Virus record (IMG/VR): IMGVR_UViG_3300042311_000626
Coordinates: 64,001-86,468 of that record
Direction: 5' to 3' (one strand)
Length of the DNA: 22,468 bases
From: a virus
Taxonomy: Duplodnaviria > Heunggongvirae > Uroviricota > Caudoviricetes
Shown: in pieces, positions 14,012-22,468 of the stretch
Layout: each line of letters opens with the position of its first letter
How positions within the stretch are numbered: position 1 is the first letter of the stretch
Notes under the pieces: generated by a model
Databases searched by the model: none
Seen by the model: the letters and a program-made list of their open reading frames with translations, nothing else
What the model was told of the DNA's origin: nothing
Position numbers and translations under genes: made by a program

Positions 14012-17000
14012 ATGGCTTGTAAAAATTATAATATTAGAATTAGACAAGTAGATTTAGACAATGCTATAAACAATCCAGACCCAAATTTAGATGGAAAGGT
14101 ATTTGTTAGCTTTACAGATTGTAATGGAAATCCTGAAAGTATCGCTTATTCCATAGCAGGAACATATTCTAATGCTTTTTGTGCTGATGATTCTGAAATG
14201 ATTGTTATTACTTATTCGTTTGAAGACATAGAAGTTATCACAGCTAACAGTACAGTAAACGCTGATGGGGAGTGCATTGCACCAACACCAACACCAAGTG
14301 TAACTCCAACAGTATCTATATCTCCTACACCATCTACAACACCGTTGTATCCATGTAATTGTATTAGTTTTACTAATATGTCACTATCAGAAGAAGCATT
14401 TGTTTCATATACACGATGTGATAATGTATCATCAAATATTCTTGCTTTAGAACCTAGTGATTCTATAACATTATGTGGTAGTGATCCTGGAGTAGTAGAT
14501 GGTGATGTAGTTATTCAAATTTTAGGAAATTGTGTTGGTAGACGTTGTATTCCATTTACACCAACACCTACACCATCATTAAGTATTACTCCTAGTTTTA
14601 GTGTAACGCCAAGTAATACACCAAGTGTAACACCAAGTATTTCTATTACACCTAGTAGAACACCAAGTATTAGTATTACACCTACTATATCACCTAGTAA
14701 AACAATACCACCTACTATGACACCTACTCCAACGATTAGTGTGTCTAAAACTCCGTCTCTTACACCACTACCAAGTGTTAGTAAGACACCTAGTGTAACG
14801 CCAAGTATTAGTATTACACCATCAAACGGAACTAGCCCTTCTCCAACACCATCTACTTCATTACCAATAGCTATACCAACTATAGCTGGTTTATGTATGA
14901 ATGTTCAATTTGGAGCAGCACCATCTGTAACACCAAGTATAACACCAACTAGAACACCAAGTATAACACCAACTATTTCAGTTAGTGTAACACCAAGTAT
15001 TACTCCTTCTACTACTCCAAGTGTTACACCATCAATTACACCATCGATTACACCATCAGTTACACCAAGTAGTACTGATCCACCGCCTCCACCAAGTCTT
15101 ACTCCTAGTAATACACCTAGTATATCTGTTAGTAATACACCTAGTTTAACACCAAGTAGAACACCAAGTAAAACACCAAGTATATCACGTACACCTAGTG
15201 TAACACCTAGTGTAACGCCAAGTATTACTCCAAGCAGAACACCTAGTATTTCTATTACTCCAACTCCATCTACTTCGAGACCTTGTACACCATGTGCTTT
15301 ACCTGATGTTGTTATTGGAGCACAAACATGGACAGCATGTAATTTAGATGTTACTACTTATAGAAATGGTGACATAATTCCACAAGTAACTGATCTTACT
15401 CAATGGGAAAATCTTACAACAGGGGCATGGTGTTACTATGATAATAACTCTATAAATGGTTGTACCTATAATAAATTATATAACTGGTATGCGGTGACTG
15501 ATCCTCGTGGATTAGCTCCGGTTGGGTATCATGTACCAACAGAGGCTGAATTTAGAACATTAGCTAATTATTTAGGAGGTACAAATGTAGCAGGGGGTAA
15601 ATTAAAATCAACAGGAACCACACTTTGGAACAGTCCTAATGCAGGTGCAACAAATGAAACAGGTTGGACTGGATTACCAGGAGGGGGGAGATCAAATGGA
15701 CAATTTAATTCAAAAGGTATATCTGGTCCTTATTGGACTTCTACACCTGATCCAAATCCAAATCCTGGGTTTACTAATTTAGCAACCTATATCGACCTAT
15801 ATAGCTTCAATCAACTACTTGATTTTAAAGGCTTTAGTAAAACTAGTGGATATTATGTACGTTTAATTAAAGACGTTCCAAATCCACTTACATGTAATAC
15901 CATATTATATAAAACACAAGGAAATCAATATTATTTATATAATTTTTCAACTAATACATCTACATTATTAAATGTACCTGCTGCACCATTTGATAGTGTT
16001 GCAACTTCATTAGGTATTTCTATAGCACCACTAGCCCGTACTTCTAATAAATTATGGTCTTACACATGGAATGTTAACGGTGGAGGTTTAAATAATAATA
16101 GTATAGTAGAATACAATACAACAAGTAACCCATTCACCGCAACTATTAACAGATATATTGCTTTACCCCAAGCACCAGAATCTACTTTTCCAGGGGGAAC
16201 AGAGTTCTATCCAGGAACTGGTTTATTTGCTATTAGTAATACAAAATTAATAGGGACTGTAAATAGAATAGGTGGTCTCCAATTACGTTCTATAGCATCG
16301 CAACAAGATGTAGTAGATAGCCCTTCAGCTAAATATGTTAATGGTGTAATGGTAGTAGAATATGATATTACATCAAATGTAGCTACTTGGACTCTTAAAG
16401 TTAAGTTACCTCCACAAGAAGATCCAGCAGGAGATTTACTATTAACTTCAGATAATAAACTTATAGTACTTACTAAATACCAAAATTATCATTTTTTAAA
16501 TCAATATAATTACAATACAGGAGTATTAGAATTTAGAAAACAAATATCACCTACTATAACAACAGATTGTGGTTTAGCTCAAGTAAATAATGAAATATAT
16601 TTAATGGGGTATAATGTGTATAAGTTTAATCCTACAACATTTGCATTAACATTAGTTCAATCACCGCAAACACAATTAGTAGCGGCTTCGCAATTAGCAA
16701 GTTGTATTAATGTAAATTTACCTACATCAAGTTGTTCTGAATGTTTAACATTACCTTTAAAACTATCAACTCCTATGAATTATAATGGAATTAATATAAT
16801 TCCTACATACACAGGACCAGTAGCTTCTGATAATTTTTTCCCATTAAGTACCTTAGGAATGCCAGTTTGTGAAGGAACTAATGTTACAACATATCCATCA
16901 TATTCTGCTTTTCTAGGAAACCTTTCTGGAGATTATACATATTCTTTAAATTTTAGCCAACCAGTAAATAATATTAAAATATCATATGGTGGAACTAATA

Positions 17001-18244
17001 GTAATCCTAACCCAGGTGAATTATTTACTTGGAATACAAATGTAGGAGTTCCTAATATATCATTATGTAAAGGATGTTATCAAACAGTAAATGGAAATAC
17101 AGTAACCGGCTCTTCATCAGGGAATATTAATTTAGGTGAAATTCAACAAGCTGGTGGAGGAATAATAACAATATCAGCTCCATTAAATTACACAACATTA
17201 ACTTTAACATCACCTGGAGGTAATCAGGGTTCAGTATTTAGTATATGCTCAGGAAGTATAATACCACAACCATCTAATGCTTTAGGATGTGTTTATATGA
17301 GTAGTTTTACAACAGGATTAACTTACTTATATAATGTTAATAATAATACATCGTCATCTGTTACTCTTCCTGTAGATCAACAACCAAATCCTAGTATTCA
17401 AGCTATTACAGATACTCATACTTCTACTAAATATTGGAGAGGTAATAGATGGGGTACTATTAAGGAATGGAATACCACTTCTACACCTAATGTGTTAGCA
17501 TTAAATAGAACAATAACAATACAAGGATTCCCGTTTCCATTTGGTAATGATCAAAAACAATGGAATAAAATGCAGGCTATAGATGATAATACATTGTTAG
17601 TTTGTGCAAACTACACTATACCTAATACCCCAGAAAATATATATTTTGGTAATTGGATAAATACTATAACATTATTTGATATAAGCAGCACTACTAATAT
17701 AGTTGGTTCTGCTCAACAAACACCATTATTTAACGTTTATGCACCTGCAGGTAATGTAGATGCACTTTTATTAACTACTAATAATAAATTAATAATCATT
17801 GGAAGAAGAGGTAATGGAATTAATCCATTTAATTATAATAATTATTATTTATCTCAATATTCTTATCCTGATGGTGCTTTAGAATTAGAGGTAAGTTTAA
17901 ATAATTATCTTCCCTCTTCAGGAGATGGAGGTACTACATACCTAGTTGCTTTATTTGAATCAGGTAATGGAAAAATTTATGCAAAAGTAGCAGCACAAAC
18001 TATTGGCGCACCAAGTATAACATATGAAGTTAATTTAAATTCTCCATATATATTTACTCAAGTTTGGAGTGGTATAGATCAACGAAATTTTTATTTTAAT
18101 TCATCAATTAACTGTAATACAGTAGCATTAAATCCAGCACCACCACCACCATCATTATCACCAACACCAACACCTAGTTTAACACCACCAGTGTCACCTA
18201 ATGTAGGAGTTAATACAATTTACAAATATTTAGATATTTTATGA
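14012..18244 (+). CDS. Large multidomain putative virion surface protein: Cys-rich N-terminus, Pro/Thr/Ser linkers, FISUMP (Fib_succ_major) domain, two related beta-rich domains
   Basis: IGAQTWT..NLDV..YRNGD.IP...AWCYYDN...YNKLYNWYAV.D.RGLAP.GYHVPT..EF..L...AGGKLK...ATNETG..GLPGG at 15308-15874 is the Fibrobacter succinogenes major-paralog domain. Long (TPSV/TPSISI)n tracts are present. Confidence 0.8.
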   Translation: MACKNYNIRIRQVDLDNAINNPDPNLDGKVFVSFTDCNGNPESIAYSIAGTYSNAFCADDSEMIVITYSFEDIEVITANSTVNADGECIAPTPTPSVTPTVSISPTPSTTPLYPCNCISFTNMSLSEEAFVSYTRCDNVSSNILALEPSDSITLCGSDPGVVDGDVVIQILGNCVGRRCIPFTPTPTPSLSITPSFSVTPSNTPSVTPSISITPSRTPSISITPTISPSKTIPPTMTPTPTISVSKTPSLTPLPSVSKTPSVTPSISITPSNGTSPSPTPSTSLPIAIPTIAGLCMNVQFGAAPSVTPSITPTRTPSITPTISVSVTPSITPSTTPSVTPSITPSITPSVTPSSTDPPPPPSLTPSNTPSISVSNTPSLTPSRTPSKTPSISRTPSVTPSVTPSITPSRTPSISITPTPSTSRPCTPCALPDVVIGAQTWTACNLDVTTYRNGDIIPQVTDLTQWENLTTGAWCYYDNNSINGCTYNKLYNWYAVTDPRGLAPVGYHVPTEAEFRTLANYLGGTNVAGGKLKSTGTTLWNSPNAGATNETGWTGLPGGGRSNGQFNSKGISGPYWTSTPDPNPNPGFTNLATYIDLYSFNQLLDFKGFSKTSGYYVRLIKDVPNPLTCNTILYKTQGNQYYLYNFSTNTSTLLNVPAAPFDSVATSLGISIAPLARTSNKLWSYTWNVNGGGLNNNSIVEYNTTSNPFTATINRYIALPQAPESTFPGGTEFYPGTGLFAISNTKLIGTVNRIGGLQLRSIASQQDVVDSPSAKYVNGVMVVEYDITSNVATWTLKVKLPPQEDPAGDLLLTSDNKLIVLTKYQNYHFLNQYNYNTGVLEFRKQISPTITTDCGLAQVNNEIYLMGYNVYKFNPTTFALTLVQSPQTQLVAASQLASCINVNLPTSSCSECLTLPLKLSTPMNYNGINIIPTYTGPVASDNFFPLSTLGMPVCEGTNVTTYPSYSAFLGNLSGDYTYSLNFSQPVNNIKISYGGTNSNPNPGELFTWNTNVGVPNISLCKGCYQTVNGNTVTGSSSGNINLGEIQQAGGGIITISAPLNYTTLTLTSPGGNQGSVFSICSGSIIPQPSNALGCVYMSSFTTGLTYLYNVNNNTSSSVTLPVDQQPNPSIQAITDTHTSTKYWRGNRWGTIKEWNTTSTPNVLALNRTITIQGFPFPFGNDQKQWNKMQAIDDNTLLVCANYTIPNTPENIYFGNWINTITLFDISSTTNIVGSAQQTPLFNVYAPAGNVDALLLTTNNKLIIIGRRGNGINPFNYNNYYLSQYSYPDGALELEVSLNNYLPSSGDGGTTYLVALFESGNGKIYAKVAAQTIGAPSITYEVNLNSPYIFTQVWSGIDQRNFYFNSSINCNTVALNPAPPPPSLSPTPTPSLTPPVSPNVGVNTIYKYLDIL
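14560..15280 (+). repeat. In-frame low-complexity tandem repeats (ACACC(A/T)AGT-based 12/18-nt units) encoding TPSV/TPSISI
   Basis: Directly visible; interrupted by IAIPTIAGLCMNVQFGAA at ~14865-14920. Confidence 0.9.
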
Positions 18245-19518
18245 TAACAAATAAAAAAATAGAAGAATTATACGAATCTACCCCAAACTATGTTGGGGTA
18301 GGTTTCGGTTTTAGACTTAAAAATAGAGAATATACAGAAGAACATGCTATTATTTTTACTGTAGATAAAAAACGTCCTATTGAAGAAATACCTGAAGATG
18401 AATTATTACCTAAGGAAATTGAAATTGATGGTGTTATTTATAAAACCGATGTTGTTGAAATTGGAAAAATAGAATTAATGTCATGTAGTACTACTACTTT
18501 AAATACTTGCTATAATTGGAGAGCACCCTTTATATATGATGGAGTACAATATGGGTTAAATATACCACCAGGAAATAGAGGATACATTAGACCTTTAAAA
18601 GGAGGTATTTCTTCAATATCACAGAACCAATCAGGTTACATGGGTACATTAGGATTCATAGCAGTAGATAATACAAAGAATGCCTTAGTAGGAGTAACTA
18701 ATAACCACGTTGTAATAGGAAATGCATTTTACACAGCATTAAGAAACGCCTCACCTGTAAATGAATATCAAGATATAGTATGGCAGCCTTCACCTTGGGA
18801 AACTAACCCGCCAAACACAAACTCAGCATATGTAATAGGAGAAGTAGCAAGATATGTTCCTATACATGCTAATGCTTATAATCAAGTAGATGGAGCATTA
18901 GTTACTATAGCACCTTCAACCGTAACTAATGCTGAATCATTTAAACAATATGGTTTAGCTTATAGTACTCCAATGCCTTTTGCTACAGCAGCAGAAATTG
19001 ATCAATTGTTATACACTAATCCTCCTATATATAGTAGTGGAAGAACATCAGGAGTAAAATTTGGTGGGTTATGTGGGTTAACAACTTTTGCTTTAAATAT
19101 GACAGTACCTGTAGGATCATCAAGCCCACCACCACCATCTGGTTATAATTTAGATGGAACTAAGGTTCCTGTAACTTTTAGTAGAATTATAGGATTTACT
19201 AGAACTAGTGTACAATGCCCTTTTCCTGTAGTAGGTGGAGACTCAGGATCAGCTTTAATAGCTGATTTTAATGGAGTTTACAAAATCATAGGGTTAGTAT
19301 TTGCTGCAAGTGAATATTATGGATTTGCTTGTAGAATAGATGAAGTAGCATCTCAATTAAATATATCAGCTTGGGATGGAACTACTAAAAACTATTTTAA
19401 TACAGGTTCAAGACAATTTAGAACAACACCGGGTGGTAGCTATGATAAAACAATAAATTGTAATGATAATATTTATTGGCAGGTAGGAACAATCAGCAAT
19501 ACTAACCCTTGTAATTAA
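18241..19518 (+). CDS. Trypsin-like (clan PA/S1) serine protease, Nal1-like, with an N-terminal prodomain
   Basis: Triad motifs TNNHV (H156), VDGAL (D217) and GGDSGS (S335). Prodomain GVGFG...AIIFTVDKK.P..E...DELLP.EI.G..TDVVE.G; RPL.GG.S, GTLG. ATGA overlap with the upstream gene. Confidence 0.88.
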   Translation: MITNKKIEELYESTPNYVGVGFGFRLKNREYTEEHAIIFTVDKKRPIEEIPEDELLPKEIEIDGVIYKTDVVEIGKIELMSCSTTTLNTCYNWRAPFIYDGVQYGLNIPPGNRGYIRPLKGGISSISQNQSGYMGTLGFIAVDNTKNALVGVTNNHVVIGNAFYTALRNASPVNEYQDIVWQPSPWETNPPNTNSAYVIGEVARYVPIHANAYNQVDGALVTIAPSTVTNAESFKQYGLAYSTPMPFATAAEIDQLLYTNPPIYSSGRTSGVKFGGLCGLTTFALNMTVPVGSSSPPPPSGYNLDGTKVPVTFSRIIGFTRTSVQCPFPVVGGDSGSALIADFNGVYKIIGLVFAASEYYGFACRIDEVASQLNISAWDGTTKNYFNTGSRQFRTTPGGSYDKTINCNDNIYWQVGTISNTNPCN

Positions 19519-19527
19519 AATATATAA

Positions 19528-20892
19528 ATGTTAAACATAAGCTTTACATTCACAGGATACTTAAATGGACGCCCATATTGGACATCAACTCAATATGGTA
19601 TGCAAATGATATGGACTGGACCTTATTGGGAAATTATAAATTGGCCATATGATGGGACACCTGTAAATTATACTGATACTGATATTCCATTAACAGGATG
19701 GCAACTTATAGATAATACAACTATGACTGCTAATTTTACTGTTAATTTAGGTGAATGTTGTTTTAACTATTCATTTGTTAATAATGTAGGACGATCATTT
19801 TTAGATATAAGTTATGTAGATTGTAATGGAAATCCTCAAGAAATAATAGCAGGATTCGGATTTTCAGGATCATTTTGTGCTAAATCTATATCTTATGTAT
19901 CCAACCCAGGATCATTGAATTTAACTGGAAATTCATGCCCATCTAATACAAATTGTTATAACTGGGAATTAATAGGACCTGTAACAGTATATTACACAGA
20001 TTGTAACGGAGTATCAGGAAATATGGCTACTGTACCTAACGGAGAGTTTGGTCCTAGTATTTGTGCTCTTAGTATAGATATATGGGATAATGCAGGTAAT
20101 TTCTATATTCAAGGATATTGCGATGACCCATCAGTATCAACAACACCAAGTGTTACACCATCAATAACACCATCAATAACACCAAGTACAACACCAAGTA
20201 GAACACCATCAACTTCTCCACCACTTCAAATACATTCAGTTTATAGTTGTTGTAATAGTAGAAAAGAAGGAATGTTAATATCAGATGCATTTATAGGTTT
20301 GACTGTAATATCAACAACAGGTGAATGTTTCTTTGTAAATAGTTCTATTGAACCAACAGCAACTGTAACATGGGATGGTAATTTAGGATATGTGAATTGT
20401 AATGAATGTACAGCTATAAATCTATGTCCGCCACCATCACCAACACCTAGTATTAGTGTCAGTAGAACACCAAGTGTAACACCAAGTACAACACCTAGTA
20501 TTAGTATAAGTAAAACACCTAGTGTAACGCCTAGTGTAACACCTTCAATTTCGATTAGTAAAACACCTAGTGTAACACCAAGTGTAACACCAAGTATCAC
20601 TCCAAGTACAACACCACCAGGTATATCATATTCATTTTATGCTAATGATTGGACTCCTTTTGGCCCATGTAACACTCCTGCTTATAATATATTTTCAGGT
20701 AGTGACGGTAAATATTATGCTTCAGATGATGGTGGAAATACCTTTACATTACTGTATTCTATAGCTGAGAACTGGTATCAACTTGTAGGTTACGATCCAT
20801 TCTTTATGGAAGATGTTTATCAACAATATGTAGTAAATTCAACTTCTACAACGATAACAATTGGTGGAACATTATTTTCTACATGTTTTTAA
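19528..20892 (+). CDS. Cys-rich, Pro/Thr/Ser-rich putative virion surface protein (454 aa)
   Basis: YVDCNGNP and YTDCNG motifs shared with the 14012 protein; two TPS repeat tracts. Confidence 0.7.
   Translation: MLNISFTFTGYLNGRPYWTSTQYGMQMIWTGPYWEIINWPYDGTPVNYTDTDIPLTGWQLIDNTTMTANFTVNLGECCFNYSFVNNVGRSFLDISYVDCNGNPQEIIAGFGFSGSFCAKSISYVSNPGSLNLTGNSCPSNTNCYNWELIGPVTVYYTDCNGVSGNMATVPNGEFGPSICALSIDIWDNAGNFYIQGYCDDPSVSTTPSVTPSITPSITPSTTPSRTPSTSPPLQIHSVYSCCNSRKEGMLISDAFIGLTVISTTGECFFVNSSIEPTATVTWDGNLGYVNCNECTAINLCPPPSPTPSISVSRTPSVTPSTTPSISISKTPSVTPSVTPSISISKTPSVTPSVTPSITPSTTPPGISYSFYANDWTPFGPCNTPAYNIFSGSDGKYYASDDGGNTFTLLYSIAENWYQLVGYDPFFMEDVYQQYVVNSTSTTITIGGTLFSTCF
20428..20620 (+). repeat. TPSV/TPSISISK in-frame tandem repeat tract (a shorter tract lies at ~20128-20225)
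   Basis: Directly visible ACACC(A/T)AGTGTA units. Confidence 0.88.
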
Positions 20893-20909
20893 AATATTAA
20901 ATAAACAAT

Positions 20910-21410
20910 ATGGCTTTATACGGTTCATCTAGAGATATTTCATTTTTTCATGTTATTAACAGAGAGTTAATTCATAACATCATTGAACAAAACATAGGAT
21001 ATTATCAAATATCACTAGATGAAACCTCTGTAAATGTATATGGTGAAGCAGCTAATGGTACTAAAATGTACTATCCGCCTGTTTTAATTCAATGTTTAAT
21101 TGACAGAGGTGATTATGAAGGTGATTATGATGCTCAAATCGGACCTGACTTTACTAGAAATTTTTCATTTAGATTTTTAAGAAGAGATTTAGTTGACCAA
21201 AACGTAGTACCTCAAATAGGTGATGTTGTTTTATGGAATAATGATTATTATGAAGTTAATTTAGTAAACGAAAACCAAGACATAGTAGGTAAAGTACCTC
21301 AATACAATTATGGAGGGGCTTACTTAGATGATTTTGGAGCAAGTTTTTCAATAATTTGTAATGCACATTATGTATCACCAGAATCATTAGGATTAACTCA
21401 AACTAGATAA
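20910..21410 (+). CDS. Head-closure/neck protein, T4 gp14-like
   Basis: NVYGE, then P.IGDVVLWNNDYYEV..V, parallel gp14 (LFGE; P.EGDLIYF....LFEI..V). It sits directly before the gp15-like gene. Confidence 0.68.
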   Translation: MALYGSSRDISFFHVINRELIHNIIEQNIGYYQISLDETSVNVYGEAANGTKMYYPPVLIQCLIDRGDYEGDYDAQIGPDFTRNFSFRFLRRDLVDQNVVPQIGDVVLWNNDYYEVNLVNENQDIVGKVPQYNYGGAYLDDFGASFSIICNAHYVSPESLGLTQTR

Positions 21411-22468
21411 TGGCAAATCAATTACCAATATTACCAAATACACCAGCTCGTGCTTTAAATGAATATATAGAACCGTACATACCAGGTACAAAACCTATAT
21501 TACCTGAAGATTTAATAACTAGAGCTAGTCAAATATCTGTTGATATTGAAAACGATGTTAAACCATTTTCAATTGGATTACAAGATATTGATGATGCTGT
21601 ATTCTTTTACTTTAATAATATTATAAAACCAACAATAGTTCAAAATGGTAATCAAATACCTGTACCTGTTTCTTATGCTTCTGCTGAAAGATGGGTATCT
21701 GTTCAAAAAGATGGGTATTTTAGAGATAAGAATGGAAAAGCAATGCATCCATACATTATTGTAAGAAGAACTGGATTTGAAAAAAATAGAACATTAGCAA
21801 ATAAATTAGATGGTAATAATGTAAATAACTTTGCTGTTGCTAGAGCTAGGTATAATTCTCAAAATCAATACACCAATTTTGATGTTTTAAATAACGTAAC
21901 ACCATCTGAGAAATTCTATTTAACTCCTGTACCAGATTATGTTAATATAACGTACGAATGCGCCATTATTACCAATTTTATTCAAGAAAACAACAAAATC
22001 GTCGAATCAGTAGAGTTTGCGTCAGATTCGTATTGGGGTGATAAAAATCGTTTTCAATTTAGAACATATATTGATAGATTTGACTCTACAAATGAATATG
22101 GTGTGAGTGATCAACGTATAGCCAAAACAAGTATGAATTTAACACTTTATGGTTATATTATTCCTGACACTATCAATAGAGATATGGCTACAAATGGTAA
22201 AAAACAATTCTTCTCTAAATCAATTGTTTCCATTACCGCCGAAACTTCAGTTAATGCTGATGGGAGAATAGCAGCTCCTACTGCCCCAAGAGTTAGTCAA
22301 CCTTTACCTAGTGTAATACCAAGTATATCAATTACACCAAGTATATCAATTACGCCTAGTGTAACACCAAGTATAAGTATATCACCTAGTATTACACCAA
22401 GTACATCAATTATACCTAGTATATCTGTAACACCAAGTATTACTCCAAGTATATCAATCACACCTAGT
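21410..22468 (+). CDS. gp15: Tail terminator/sheath stabiliser, T4 gp15-like, with a C-terminal TPS-repeat extension (3'-truncated; absent from the supplied ORF track)
   Basis: TAATG overlap at 21408-21412 and open for 353 codons to the window end. MANQLPILP...IPVPVSYASAERW...PYIIVRRT...PVPDYVNITYECAIITNFIQENNKIVESV parallels gp15 (VP..Y...E.F; PVP....YEL.I.T...DD..QIVEQI). Confidence 0.75.
   Translation, partial: MANQLPILPNTPARALNEYIEPYIPGTKPILPEDLITRASQISVDIENDVKPFSIGLQDIDDAVFFYFNNIIKPTIVQNGNQIPVPVSYASAERWVSVQKDGYFRDKNGKAMHPYIIVRRTGFEKNRTLANKLDGNNVNNFAVARARYNSQNQYTNFDVLNNVTPSEKFYLTPVPDYVNITYECAIITNFIQENNKIVESVEFASDSYWGDKNRFQFRTYIDRFDSTNEYGVSDQRIAKTSMNLTLYGYIIPDTINRDMATNGKKQFFSKSIVSITAETSVNADGRIAAPTAPRVSQPLPSVIPSISITPSISITPSVTPSISISPSITPSTSIIPSISVTPSITPSISITPS
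22310..22468 (+). repeat. (TPSISI/TPSV)n tandem repeat at the C-terminus of the gp15-like protein
   Basis: Directly visible; continues past the window end. Confidence 0.9.

Noticed and set aside
20241-20600. Minus-strand 119-aa ORF with LGVT repeats
   Set aside because: It is the reverse-complement reading of the TPSV tandem repeats.
14560-22468. CRISPR array or DNA-level satellite in the ACACCAAGT repeats
   Set aside because: The units are in-frame, vary at synonymous positions and have no unique spacers; they are protein low-complexity repeats.
1-22468. Stop-codon reassignment (seen in some large phages)
   Set aside because: Genes are full-length under the standard code. Stops are TAA except one TAG (5924) and one TGA (18242), both in gene overlaps, and TAG readthrough gives no meaningful extension.

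Overview
AT-rich fragment of a large T4-like (myovirus-type) bacteriophage virion morphogenesis region, with all credible genes on the + strand. Order: C-terminal part of the gp23-like major capsid protein with a strong terminator; GIY-YIG homing endonuclease; PhoH; small tail/baseplate-type proteins; two fibre genes with a shared N-terminus (the second 1527 aa and modular, preceded by another GIY-YIG endonuclease); a GAMT/RMT2-family methyltransferase; three small virion/chaperone-type genes; and a gp13-like neck gene. A ~7.2 kb block (Pro/Thr/Ser-rich, Cys-rich proteins, a FISUMP domain and a Nal1-like serine protease) then precedes the gp14-like and gp15-like genes, the last truncated by the window end. 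A-rich, Shine-Dalgarno-less starts and the FISUMP domain suggest a Bacteroidota host (inference). The most notable observations are two endonuclease genes that appear to have captured the translation start of the downstream gene, a fixed-spacing ATATTTAT promoter-like motif, a candidate structured RNA leader, the methyltransferase within the fibre operon, and the protease/mucin-like block at the neck locus. All family assignments come from motif recognition by eye; no searches were run.
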